Under the pieces are notes generated by a model. It saw nothing but the letters and a program-made list of their open reading frames with translations, was not told the DNA's origin and made no database searches. Source: Heterodontus francisci (Eukaryota). From it: a stretch of 64,000 nucleotides of DNA. A program made the translations under genes and the position numbers. Shown piece after piece: positions 24,681-36,064 of the stretch (position 1 is the first letter of the stretch; each line of letters starts with the position of its first letter). The stretch covers positions 28,288,762-28,352,761 of the forward strand of contig NC_090395.1 in assembly GCF_036365525.1 (NCBI RefSeq). The letters run 5' to 3'.

Positions 24681-25380
24681 ATGACTCAAATTAGACTTTT
24701 TGCTTGGAGCTTCTATTAAGATCACACTTAAATCCATAAAATGTTAGTGTTAGGTACATTTTAAATTTATCCTTTTTTCATCAATTTTGGGACTGGATGG
24801 TAGGAATCTTAGCTCCATTGCTATACTCAGTGCAGTTTCCCCGAGGTGCCAATGTTATTATCTATTGAATATGACTGTAGGATACGGATTTCATTTAGAG
24901 AAAATGCATTTCACTGGCAACAGAATTTTAACCAGGTTAAACCCAACCAATTTGGAATTATCTGGAAATCTTTGCGGAGATGTGCACTAATCTCAAATGT
25001 GATTGGCAGAAAAGGTAGAGGTGATAATACTCAACTCTAAACAGCCATTGCTATGCAATGTACCTGATCCAGCTTGTCGAGGCAGTGAGGGTCCGTCACC
25101 TTTTGGACAATGAAGATCATCACTGCCAAGCCTGATCTTGTCATCACCCAACTTATACACTGTCCAACACAAGTCATTGGGTAATAATGGAGTCTGGGTA
25201 TCCAGGCTGATCTGCCACCCCTCCACTCACCTCAAGCTGGAGCCCAATGGTGGTGGCCTTTAAAGATGGGACAGAGATTAATGTGTCGAGTCAGTTCATT
25301 TCTGCTGCTGGTTACATTTGCTTTTGATGAAAATGGAGAAAATTTAAGGATTTGATTTAATTTGTCTTTAATTCTGACAG

Positions 25381-25445
25381 GCCGCAATGAGTTGATAGCA
25401 AGATACATCAAACTACGGACTGGCAAAACACGAACAAGGAAGCAG
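25381..25445 (+). CDS. TEAD: TEAD-family transcription factor, internal exon (TEA domain helix 2 to start of helix 3)
   Basis: ctgacag|GC CGC AAT GAG...AAG CAG|gtaaag. The 65 nt translate as (G)RNELIARYIKLRTGKTRTRKQ, the invariant TEA-domain sequence, with phase-1 start and phase-0 end as in vertebrate TEAD genes. Paralog not resolved. Confidence 0.97.
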
Positions 25446-25864
25446 GTAAAGCTAGTCGGGCAAGCTTTGCTTTGGGGCCAAAGGGGTGGCTTGTGCTGAA
25501 ACGTGGCTGCTGCTGCTTTAAGGCTGGCATGGTGAATGGGTAATGGGGCAGCATGGTGGGTAATGAGAGGGGTATAGGCACTTCATTGGGGTCCGAGGAG
25601 CAAGCACTTAAAATAGGTGTTAGAGAAATGTCATGCTTTAATAGTTCAGGTGGGATAGTACAGTTTGGCCAAACCTTCTGCTTAGCTATCAGAATAAAGT
25701 TCTTTGGGAACACTGTTTCCTCAAGAAAGTTAAGTACAATTCACACTACGTCTAAACTTACTCCAGGCATATAATTTCCTGTAGGCCATTTCTTCAGAAT
25801 CCTGCAAAAGAGAGAATGAGATTTATTTTTATTGCGGGTTGTTGCTCATCATTTCTCCATTTCA

Positions 25865-26170
25865 GGCAGCCACCATCAGCAAGTCCCAGATCAGCTACAG
25901 CACAGGCCAGATGCTGTAAAGCTCCCTCCATCATGCTATAACCCCAACCCAAAAAGAACGCCCCCTACTGCCAGTGTGACATCTTTTAATTTCCTACGCT
26001 GGCCATCTTTAAGCCTGTCGGAGTAGCATTAACAATTGGTGCCAAAGGACAGATGGTGTACTGTGGGTCTTATACCCATGAGGAGCTAGAATGGGACAGT
26101 CCCAAAGATAGTTTCACCTAGGACCCATGTAGCGGACAGAGAGAAGACGGTCAGCTATTCGGTCTAAAGA
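25865..26170 (-). mobile_element. LF-SINE-like element
   Basis: The reverse strand has gggtcctaggtgaaa..., ttggcaccaattg and gggagcttta...tgtgctgtagctg. The block ccagtgtgacat is shared with 52923-52934. Confidence 0.55.
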
Positions 26171-26419
26171 TATGGCAGTAGTTAATCCTCATGTGCTCCT
26201 TCCATACTGCCAGGACAAGATGGCCAAACTGAAATGAAAACTATTGGGGGAAATTAAAAAACGAATAGGAAGGCAGTGATTGCATGGGGTACAGGTTTAA
26301 TTGCAGGGTCAGGGGAAGGTCTTTTCTAGCAGTTTGCAAGATCAAAGGACTTCAGCTGGACAGCACCTGCCAATTCCCTTCCAGGTACATGTCCACTCCA
26401 ACCAGCAATTCCACGTTCA

Positions 26420-26770
26420 TTAAAAAGTGTTCGATAGGATAGAGCGAGAGAGAGCGACTATTTCCTCAGGTGGGGGAAATCCAGGACAAGGAAGCATAGC
26501 ATTAAAATTAGAACTCAGCCAGTGGTGATGTCAGGAAGCACTTCTGCACACAAAGGGTAGTAGAAATCTGAAACACTCTCCCCAATAAACCCTGTTGAGG
26601 CTGGGAGTCCGTTGGAAATTTCAAATTTGAGATTGCTATGTTTTTATTAGACAAAGGGTATTAAGGGTTAGGGGACCAAGCAGATCGATGGCGTTAAGAT
26701 ACACATCAGCTATGAGCGAATTGAATAAAACAGGCTCAAGGGCTGAATCACCTCCTCCTGTGCCTATGTT
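26420..26770 (+). mobile_element. CR1 3' fragment
   Basis: ttcgataggatag...aggaagcacttct.cacacaaaggg...gggctgaat...ctcctcctgt.cctatg. Confidence 0.75.
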
Positions 26771-27329
26771 TTATTCTAATGGAAGCACATTAATATTGAA
26801 AGCTACTAAATCACAATGAAGCTGCTCTTAGTGTTATCCAATAGATATTTTTAAAACCTTGCAATTCAGAGTCCAATTGTGTAATCCACAGTTTGTTGTC
26901 CCCCTCTTCTCCTGAAGGGCAGACTGTACTGCTGCCTATAGCCGTAAATTTTGTAAAATCCAAATATATAAGAGAAGAGGCACTGTCGTTAAACATTTCC
27001 CCTCACTTGTGAAATTTAGTTTGAAATCTAGCTGGGAGATAATGAATGAAGCTTCCTTCCTCAGATTGGGTTTGGTCATTCCATAGACCACACCCTGCAA
27101 TGAAGAAAGCAAGCAAGGGAATCGATGCATTTGATTTGATCTGCTATAATTTGTTGCTCTATTGTAACACATAGCCTAGTCATTGAGAAGATACAGCTAT
27201 TAACGGATGGTTCAGACTTAGTGTCTTATAAAGATTGGCCTAGTCACCAGGTGAAGCTTTGCCATCTTATGCACTGTCATAACACAGACCCTTCTTGATT
27301 AGATTAGGCTATCAGCATCATTGTCTAGG

Positions 27330-28342
27330 TGGGATCACAACTTGAGCACAGAAGAGTTAAGGGTAGGGATTGTGCATAAATTGGGAGAGCTGTTCCACAG
27401 ACTAGTCATGCAACAGCCAGACAGTCATACTCACGGAAACATACATGTCCCAGACTCATCCATCACCAACCCTGGCGATGTCCTGTCACACTGGCAGGAC
27501 AGACCCACCAGAGGTGGCAGCGCTGTGGTATACAGTAAGGAGGGAGTGGCCCTAGGAGTCCTTAACATTGACTGTGGACTCACATGAAGTCTCATGGCAT
27601 CATGAGTGCCTCCGTAGCACTACTACTGAGAGAGTCCTGAAGGATATAGCTGCCAAACTTGGCCGACAGCCGGTGGTGAGAGAACCAACAAGAGGGAAAA
27701 TCCTACTTGACCTTGTCCTCACCTGTCTAGCTGTTGCAGATGCATCTGTCCATTACAGTATTGACAGGAGTAACCACCACACAGTCCTTGGAGATGAAAT
27801 CTCATCTTCACACAGAGGACCTATCATGTGTGGCACTACTGCCATGTTAAATGGGATAGACAAAGAACAGATCTAGCAGCTCCAAATTGGACATCAATGA
27901 GGTGCTGTGGGCCAACAGCAGCAGCAGCATTGTATTCAACCATAATCTGTAACCTCATGGCCTGGCATAGCCCAAACTCTACCATTACCATCTAGCCAGG
28001 GGGAGGAGTGTAGGAGAGCATACCTGGAGCAGCACTAAGCATACCTAAAAATGAAGCGCCAACCTGGTAACACTACAAACAACTAAACAGAGGAGGAGGC
28101 TCCACAAACATCCCCATTCTCACTGCTGGGAGAGTTCAGTGCAGAAGACGAGGTTGAAGCATTTGCAACAATCAGCCAGAAGTGTTGAGTGCATGATCCA
28201 TCGCAGTCTCCTTCTGAGGTCCCCACAATCATAGATGCCAGTCCTCAGACAGTTCAATTCACCCCATGTGATATCTAGAAACAGCTGAAGGCACTGGATA
28301 CAGCTAAGACGATGGACCCTGACAACATCCCGGCTGTAGTAC
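27330..28342 (+). mobile_element. RTE-type LINE (clade tentative), endonuclease/linker region with deletions
   Basis: QDRPTRGG, VVREPTRGKILLDLVLT and ALDTAKTMDPDNIPAVV-like coding remnants. Confidence 0.7.
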
Positions 28343-28344
28343 CT

Positions 28345-28492
28345 GTTTGGATTTTCTCCCCATCCAATATTTTTATAACCAGTAAAAATTTTGAATGTCT
28401 GATTTTTCTGCGGTGTTGCTTGCAGCAGTGACCTGAAGATCAGTTTTTCAAGCCTAGAGACTTCAGGTCAATCTTGGAGGCTTGGCAAGTTA
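28345..28492. mobile_element. MITE fragment, same family as 1990-2300
   Basis: ccccatccaatattttt...cctagagact.caggtcaatcttggagg.ttggcaa. Confidence 0.5.
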
Positions 28493-29039
28493 GTAAAGCC
28501 ATATCTTAGAAGCAGGTGGGTGAGTAATGCCATTATAAATAACCCTTTGGATTAGGCAGCAGTTGCCACAACAGTCAGACCAGGTCAAATCTTACCACCC
28601 AGTCCTTGCTGTAGTCATTCGAATAGAGATTTTAGAAGATCAAAGATTTCACTGATTGAGCGAACTCTCCTAATGGGGAATGGCACTTTAAGGGCACGTT
28701 GGTTGGAAATGGTCTGCCCGCAGCCCCAACTGACTTTAAAATGGATGGCCAGTGAGTTGCAGATTTGTGATCTCCTCAGGTGAAAAGGAGAATGGTGTTC
28801 TGTAATTATCTAGAACCTGCTACACGAGCAGAATAACTGAATTTCTGACCTCCACATTGATGGGCCACAATTGAAAAGGTTAAATTCCCAAGCAACTAAC
28901 CATTTGTTTGTGGACCTGCTCCGGTCTTAACCATTTCCCTAACAAATTCAAATCCCTGCTCATTATCCAGCAAATTTCTCAACGTTTTACTGTGTAGGAC
29001 TGGGGTCGAGGCAGATCCTTTACAACACCAGTGCAGTTT

Positions 29040-29170
29040 ATACACTTGAATAGGAACAGAATTGCAGGGCTATGGGGAAAGAGCAGGGGAGTGGAACTAA
29101 TTGAATGCCACTTTCCAAGAGCCAGCACAGGCACAATGGGCTGAATGGTTATCATCTGTGCTGCATGATT
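29040..29170 (+). mobile_element. CR1 3' tail fragment
   Basis: gcagggctatggggaaagagcagggg...agagccagcacaggcacaatgggctgaatgg. Confidence 0.75.
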
Positions 29171-29256
29171 ATATACACTGATAAACAGCACGTTAGTAAA
29201 ATGGAAAAATCTTACTAGTGTACGGGAGGGCATATGGAACTATACCTCAGCATGTT

Positions 29257-29304
29257 GGGGGGGGGGGGGGGGGGGGGGGGGGGAAAAAAAAAAAAAAAAA
29301 AAAA
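29257..29304 (+). repeat. Compound homopolymer G27-A21
   Basis: Direct count: G at 29257-29283, A at 29284-29304. Confidence 0.9.
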
Positions 29305-29643
29305 GAGGCCTTTTGAATTACAAATAGATAATCTTTGATGACCTCCAGTGGCCTGATATCAGACGTAGTAGGTGAAGAAAGATCCCACTGTCCACTGGGC
29401 TGAAACCATTATGTGATCAGTTAATTACTTTGACTTAAGTGAAATTGGAGACACTCAGAGCTAGAGGAAAGCAAGTAAACCAGACAGCATTTTGCTTAAT
29501 GACCTGTTTTTAGTAGAACCCTATGGTAACTCGGGGCTCATTACTGCTTGCCATGACAACAAATGCTGGAACTTCTTTCAAGAACAAAAAAAAAGTGAAA
29601 ACTTGAGATATTTTGCCTGCCAAAAAGTAATATGGCTGACGGT

Positions 29644-29752
29644 TGCATGGCTGTTTGCAGCTGCAAAGTATTATGGGAGCTTGGGGAAGGGGTGGGGAAA
29701 GGGAGATGGTGATGGAAGGCCTGGCTCTGCATGCCCAAACTAACTAACTAAT
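29644..29752 (+). promoter_or_regulatory. Candidate splicing-regulatory cluster (2x TGCATG, 3x overlapping ACTAAY)
   Basis: TGCATG at 29644 and 29728; ACTAACTAACTAAT at 29739-29752, about 90 nt upstream of exon A. Confidence 0.55.
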
Positions 29753-29838
29753 AAATAATGTAAGCACTGTGTACCATAGTGACAGAAGCATCGACTTTCA
29801 TTTGTGTTTTTTGTCTTTAAATTATCTCGTCGACATAG

Positions 29839-29901
29839 GTGTCTAGTCACATACAGGTGTTAGCCAGGAAGAAAGTGCGAGAGTACCAAGCAAGCATCAA
29901 G
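29839..29901 (+). CDS. TEAD: TEAD exon, helix-3 variant A (VSSHIQVLARKKVREYQASIK)
   Basis: gacatag|GTG TCT AGT CAC...ATC AAG|gtatgt; 63 nt, phase 0/0. Closest to the TEAD3-type KKVREYQ exon. Confidence 0.95.
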
Positions 29902-29987
29902 GTATGTGCAGCCGGCATGAATCCGGGGGATATTCAGCTCCATGGTTACAGGCTCTTCTTTTTCTTCCCCTTTGCTCTTTCCTGCAG

Positions 29988-30050
29988 GTGTCTAGTCATA
30001 TGCAGGTTCTTGCCCGAAGGAAAGCTCGTGAGATTCAGTCCAAGCTGAAG
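29988..30050 (+). CDS. TEAD: TEAD exon, helix-3 variant B (VSSHMQVLARRKAREIQSKLK)
   Basis: Long pyrimidine tract then cctgcag|GTG TCT AGT CAT...CTG AAG|gtatgc; 63 nt, phase 0/0. Resembles the RRK(S/A)REIQ(S/A)KLK exon of TEAD2/TEAD4. Confidence 0.95.
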
Positions 30051-31189
30051 GTATGCGCTTCTCTGCTTTGGCCTTGTGGTTGGCTGCTGGCTGAGGCTGA
30101 ACTGCAGATGTACAGAGTTCTGATAACACCAAATCCAAATTCTTTGTTAATGTACTGTACACTTCTATTGGGGAGGGGTCACAGTTGCACTGGCAGATCT
30201 GGCAATGCTCTCTCTGAACATTAATAATTTTCACACACGCACCTGTAAACTGCTGTTGCTGCAGCAACCAGTTTTTTTTTTTTAAAAAAGCGCTGAGCTA
30301 CCACAGGGTTCCACTAAAGGCAGCTCAACAATTTGTGGCATATAGGATATTCTAGATCAAGCTGAGTTGGTTGCTCTTTAGATCCATTGGGACCTGGGTT
30401 TCTGTGGGATAGTTCTCTGCCACAGAGTGCCAGAAAATCCTCTCGCCCGTCCCCACGCCACTCTCCCCATGTGGAAAAGAGCACAATATTTGCATACTGA
30501 AGACTTCTCATACTTGTGAATGGACTAGTACAATGCCTGGCAAGTGTGGTGCACTTGCCCAAATTCTGTGTGAATTTGCAGCTGGGTGGCTGATAAAATG
30601 AAGGACTTTACAACATTTCACTAGTGTCTGATCAGGGGAGTGTGAAATGTCACCCTGCCACCACCCCAACCCATAGTTCATATCACAGCTGAGATGGCTG
30701 TCACTGAAATTCCAGCCTAAGAGATGATATTTTTGAGTACACTTGACCAAGAGCCTGGCAATTCACCAACGTAGTCACCTTGAAGCTTAATGGTTTACCA
30801 ATAGCAGTCTGCAACAGTGACTAAGACACTCCTTTCTCTAATTCCCACCCTTAGAATACCAAGTTACTCTAGGATACAGGCCCATGGGTAGCAGCGGACT
30901 GGTGCCACCTTGGTGAAACAGCCATTCTTTACCAAGCATGTACAATGCAAAGCTAATTTTCCAATGTGTGCCCCAGCATAGAGCTTCACCCACTAGTTCA
31001 TGCATCAGGAAACTGCGGGCGCAGTGATTTCCTGATGGTTTATGGTTAACAGAATTGCCTGTCCATGGTATACGAGAGAAAACAAATTATAATTAAAAAA
31101 ATTTTTTTTTTAAAGTCCTCCCTTGTGTGTCAACGGGCAGTTTGACCAGATGATCACAGCTGAGCCTAATCCTGTCCCCACACATACAC

Positions 31190-31665
31190 CTTTGCCCTCT
31201 TCATTTCCTGGGTGGGAAGAGGAAGGAAGGAGGAGGATTCCATATGGATTGATCCCAGGTTGGGGCTCTTTTCTCTAGAAGAGAGATGACTGAGGGGTGA
31301 CTTAATAATGGTCTTTAAAATTCTAGACGGTTGATAGGGTAAATGTAGATAAGATGTTTCCACTTGTGGGGGAGACTGAAACTGGGAGGCCATAAAGATA
31401 AGATAGTAACTGATAACTCCAATAAAGAAGAAACTTCTTTACCCAGAGAGTGGTTACAATGTGAAACTCACTACCACAAGGAGTAGTTGTGTTGAATAGT
31501 GTAAAGGGTTTAAGGGAAAGCTAGTTAAGCACATGACGGAGAAAGGAATAGGAGGATATGCTGAGAGTCGTAAGAAGTAGGGTGGGAGGGGGCTTGTACA
31601 AAGCATAAACACCAGCATAGGACAGTTGGACCGAATGGCCTGTTTGTGCTGCAACTCTATAATCT
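31190..31665 (+). mobile_element. CR1 3' segment with a non-CR1 5' head (composite)
   Basis: CR1 sequence from ggggctcttttctctagaa to aatggcctgttt; the head is shared with 57430-57850. Confidence 0.75.
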
Positions 31666-33906
31666 GTGTAGCAGCCCCATTACTGCCCCAGCTGCAATGG
31701 TCAAAAGACTGGAAAAAAAAAAGTCAGTCTCAATCTAAACAAACCCTTTGAGTGCCACATTGAGAGCATGCCAAACATTGAGATATTAAAAGAGCACGTA
31801 AATACTGAGGTGCATTTTTGTCAGTAGTATGTTAGCATCAATAACGAACAGAAATGCTCCATGACTCTGCTTACTTCGAAACAAATATAGATCAGCGCTG
31901 AGGAGTAGCTTTTCAGCTCTGGAGAGGTTGAAAGTTCAGGGCATTTGGCAAAAGGGTGTCACTTCATTGGGGGTTTCCGAACCATGTGGACCTCCCAGAA
32001 GAGCAAGATTGAGAAACCTCATTGCTTGATAACCCCAGTCAGGAAAATTTAGCACTGGAGTTAAGCACTAAACACAGCACCAGGGTGGGCCAATTCATCT
32101 ATCTTATCCAAGATGAGCAAAAGAAAGTCACTCCCTGTTCAGTGAACTGGTGACAAACATGCTGCTAAGAAGTTCCTTTGAAGGAAAAGTCCATGTGCTG
32201 GAGTCTGGCTAAAAGGCAACAGTGCAGACTCTGTACAAGCCCAGGCATGGCTACAATTTGCATGTCATCTGTTCACTGAACATCCCACAGGTGTTATCAG
32301 AACTGTGCTATACTTCAGGTTCAGGCCTCAGCTTCTCTCTGGCTAATTATGGGGCGACTTTTTTTTATTTTGGCTTTGTGGCAGTGTGCAGTGAAATCGC
32401 AAGCTAACCTGCTTCTGTGCTTTATTAACTGGTCCCTCTCCTCTGTGGTTCCGCTTCCAGAGGCTCTTTCACGTGCCATTCCTTCTTGCAATCTAGTTCC
32501 ACTTCCTTCCTCTGCAGTAGGTCTTCCTTCCCTCAGTCGCTTCAATTGAAACCGGACTGTGAAGTCTTCTACAAGCCTGACCTCCGATTATTGTAGCTGA
32601 TCGATGAGGATTACATATTATGGGGTGCTCAAAATAGAGAGAGATTCAGTTGGGAAGAAAGGCTACCAAAGGATATGGGAGAAGGGCAAGGAACTGCAAG
32701 TTAACAAGAAGGAGCTGCCATGCCGTGATGTGCCAGTGGCATACTTCTGTTTTGATATTGAGTTAGGAACTGTATCGTGTGTACTTTTTGAATAAATCAT
32801 CAATAGTTTGAGGGGGTCCTGTAGGGATCATTGCATAACAGGACTGAATTGTTCTGATTCAATAGTATTTTTCCCCCACTCTCCTGTCCCCTTGCACGAT
32901 GTCCTATCCTCTTTGTCCAACCCACCCTTCTTTACTTAATCCTGAACCAAGGCAAGTCAGAAAAAAAAAAAATGGGCACTTTGAGTGGAAAGTAGCTCAT
33001 GAATTTTATGAGCTCAATAATTGGAAGACTTGAAGGGCTGAATGGCCTCCTGCTTTTTTTTTTAATTTTTTTTTTTAAATAAGGAGTGCATGGTGACCCT
33101 ATTTTGGGACACAAGGGGAGGTCATCCCTCCTCATTCTATATTGAAGATATGAAATTCCATTCCCCACCAGTTCTGAAATCTGTCAATCTTCTGTGTGGT
33201 AGTAGTTTTCTTTCCTTGAGCCACTCAGTGCCTCCAGCACAGTTGGAGGGCAGGGCTCATGGTGGAGAGAAGTCTGAATCTCATCAACTTATGTCCTACC
33301 ACAAGATGCTGCACCAGTCTCTGACACAGCAATATTGCCACAAACGAGCACGCTCAGTTAATCCTGGAGATTTCTGGCTGGTGACCATTTAGTAAGGAAG
33401 GGAAAGAGGGAAGCTGAAAATCAATCAAGATCCCAGAAAAGGGGATCTCCATTTAACAAAGATCCCTTAGTTGTTGGGGAAGAGGGGGGTACACAGTGAG
33501 CAGTTTGAAGTAAACAAAATCAGATTTATATTTAACAAAATTAAACAGAGCCACGGAACACAGACTTTTTGTTCAAGTTCTGCAGCAAGAGGTCTGTGTA
33601 GACTTCAGGCTCCAAGAAGTAATCATTACCATGTGCAACCAGAGACTGAGTAGAAGTTGGTTGTTTTTTCCCCCCCAACTTAGTGATTTGGTTAGTAATT
33701 AGAATTTACACCCACAGTGCTGTTAGGTAGGATCTTCATGACATAAGGCTGCAGCAGTTCAAGGCAGCAGCTCACCATCACCTTAAGGGCAACTAGGGAT
33801 GGACAATAAATGCCAACCTTGCCAGAAATACCCATATCCTAAGAATGAGTTATAAAAACAGATGGAGTCACAATGCACTTCACAGTCATTAAAACGAGTG
33901 TTTATA

Positions 33907-33954
33907 GGGGGGGGGAGGGGGAGGGGGAGGGGGAGGGGGAGGGGGAGGGGGGGG
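33907..33954 (+). repeat. (GGGGGA)n purine tract
   Basis: Read directly from the sequence. Confidence 0.9.
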
Positions 33955-34649
33955 AAAAGAAATCAAACCACATGGAACAGCACCTACAGGTCTTCCCCCA
34001 GAGTGGTGGAGGTTAGAAGGAGCTCATTCCCTTTTCCAGAATGTAATGTCACACTCAGATCCCTCTCCTTGCCACTAGCTTTTACCCATCCTCCTCTCCA
34101 TGTAGATTGCTACTGGTTTTACTGGGCATTAACAGCCCTCTGTACTTCCTCAAGCAGCAGCTCATCACAAGTAATCTTTGACAGTAAGCACCAGCTAACT
34201 GCTTGATTATGGAGGGCCTTGGTGCAGATCCCACTCATGTGCTTGCCTATACCCATTCACGTGCTGCATGTCTAGCTGGAGCAGCCCCAGGCCACTTTAC
34301 CCCTCTCTAATCCAGGTTGCTGCAGCCAATTATAGTACCTTCTCTTACCACCCCAACCGAGACGAACTAACTCACCATTGGATAAGCTGAAGATCTTCCT
34401 AGTTTGTGCCACAGCTTTGCACTGCCTAAGTCGCTGAGCCATTGAGACGAACACAGCTATTAAAACACACTATGTGCGAGGTAGGTAGGTCTGTGCCAGC
34501 TGAAAGTACATTCAAACCACTTTTACCACAGACTGTGGAGCGAGGAGGCTGGTGGGCTGAAGGTGTAAGTCAGTGGCTGAAAGATGCCCGCTTGGTCATG
34601 TTACTTCCACGTGGGAGGTGAAGGAAGAGCTGAATGGTATTGGAGACCA

Positions 34650-35140
34650 GCACATAGAAAATAGGAGTAGGCCCTTCAAGCCTGCTGCACCAGTCATTAT
34701 GATCATGGCTGATCATCCAACTCAGTAGCCTGTTCCCACTTTCACCCAATACCCTTTGATCCCTTTAGACCCAAGAGCTACATCTAACTCCTTCTTGAAA
34801 ACATACAATGTTTTGGCCTCAACTGCTTTCTGTGGTAGCAAATTCCACAGGCTCACCACTCTCTGGGTGAAGTAATTTCTCCTCATCTCAGTCCTGAAAG
34901 CTATACCCTGTATCCTTAGACTATGACCCCAGGTTCTGGATTCCCCGATCATCAGGAACATCCTTCCTGCATCGACCCTGTCAAGTCCTGTTAGAATTTT
35001 ATAGGTTTCTATGAGATCCCCCCCCTCTCTTCTGAACTCCAGCAAATATAATCGTGACCGACTCAATCTCTCCTCATACGTCAGTCCCACCATCCCATCA
35101 ATCAGTCTGGTAAACCTTTGCTGCAGTCCCTCTATAGCAA
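34650..35140 (-). mobile_element. CR1 3' fragment
   Basis: ORF 34722..35093: YEERLSR...GDLIETYKIL...FTQRVVSLWNLLP. Confidence 0.9.
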
Positions 35141-36064
35141 GATTGCACAGTGTCCAAACTCACCTGGATTGGGTCTTTAACAATATGCACATAGCTCCAC
35201 CCCAATGTAATTGCATCTCTTTAGGATAGAGATATTAGCAGAGAAATACCAACAATGAAAACTAATTAGAATGGTTTTACTGCGTTAGTAGGACTGCACC
35301 TAAAAGCTCTATTATCCTCAGTTCCCCCTTTCAGCAACACAGACAGGAGTGGCCATCGACTGACAAGATGTGACAAAACCCCCTTCCCACCCCTGATGGA
35401 AATATTGGGGTAGGTCCAAGTCAGGCTTGGCTCTGATTTTTCCAGAAGACATTTTGCTTGTCCTTAAACAAGGTCATAATATTGCAGAGAATTGGCTCAT
35501 TAATTCCAGTCTCCTGTACAGAGAATGTGTGAAGTCTGAACCTGCTGTTGTTCATTTGTCATGGGTCCACCACAGTGGATGCTTTCAGCCCCACATATAC
35601 ACACTTGCCTAATAGGAGAGAAAATTGTCATTTTACTTCAACATCTGCACCAAACAAATGCTATAGCTGGTTGCTAAGAGACACAGGTTAACTAGTTTGT
35701 CATTTTTCCCCTCCAGGGAAAAATGGACTCTGCCCTCCATCGCCCCACAGTGTCGAGACTCAACCTGAGCAGACTAGGCCACTGACATCTGTCTGTCATT
35801 CCAACTTGTATCAGTGGGCTACCTTTGTATTTGAATCCCACACTATTGAAGGCTTTAAGCTCTGAATTAGCATTTAGACCAAGTGAAGTACTAGCCACTT
35901 GTTTCTGAATCTAGTTTCCACAACTGTGCCCATATCCCCACACCCTCCTCTCCCACTGTGCCCCCAGCAACAAAAGGCAATGATTTATGCTGGGTCACAA
36001 TTTCATTGACTTTAAATCACCCCCAAGTGATTGATATGTCTAGGTACAGACATGAACATAGCCA

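Noticed and set aside
29739-29752. ACTAAC repeats as the branch point of exon A
   Set aside because: Several AG dinucleotides lie between them and the acceptor at 29837-29838, so a QKI-type site is the better reading. Not fully excluded.
33862-34206. ORF with an RG-repeat (RGRGRG)
   Set aside because: This is translation of the (GGGGGA)n microsatellite.
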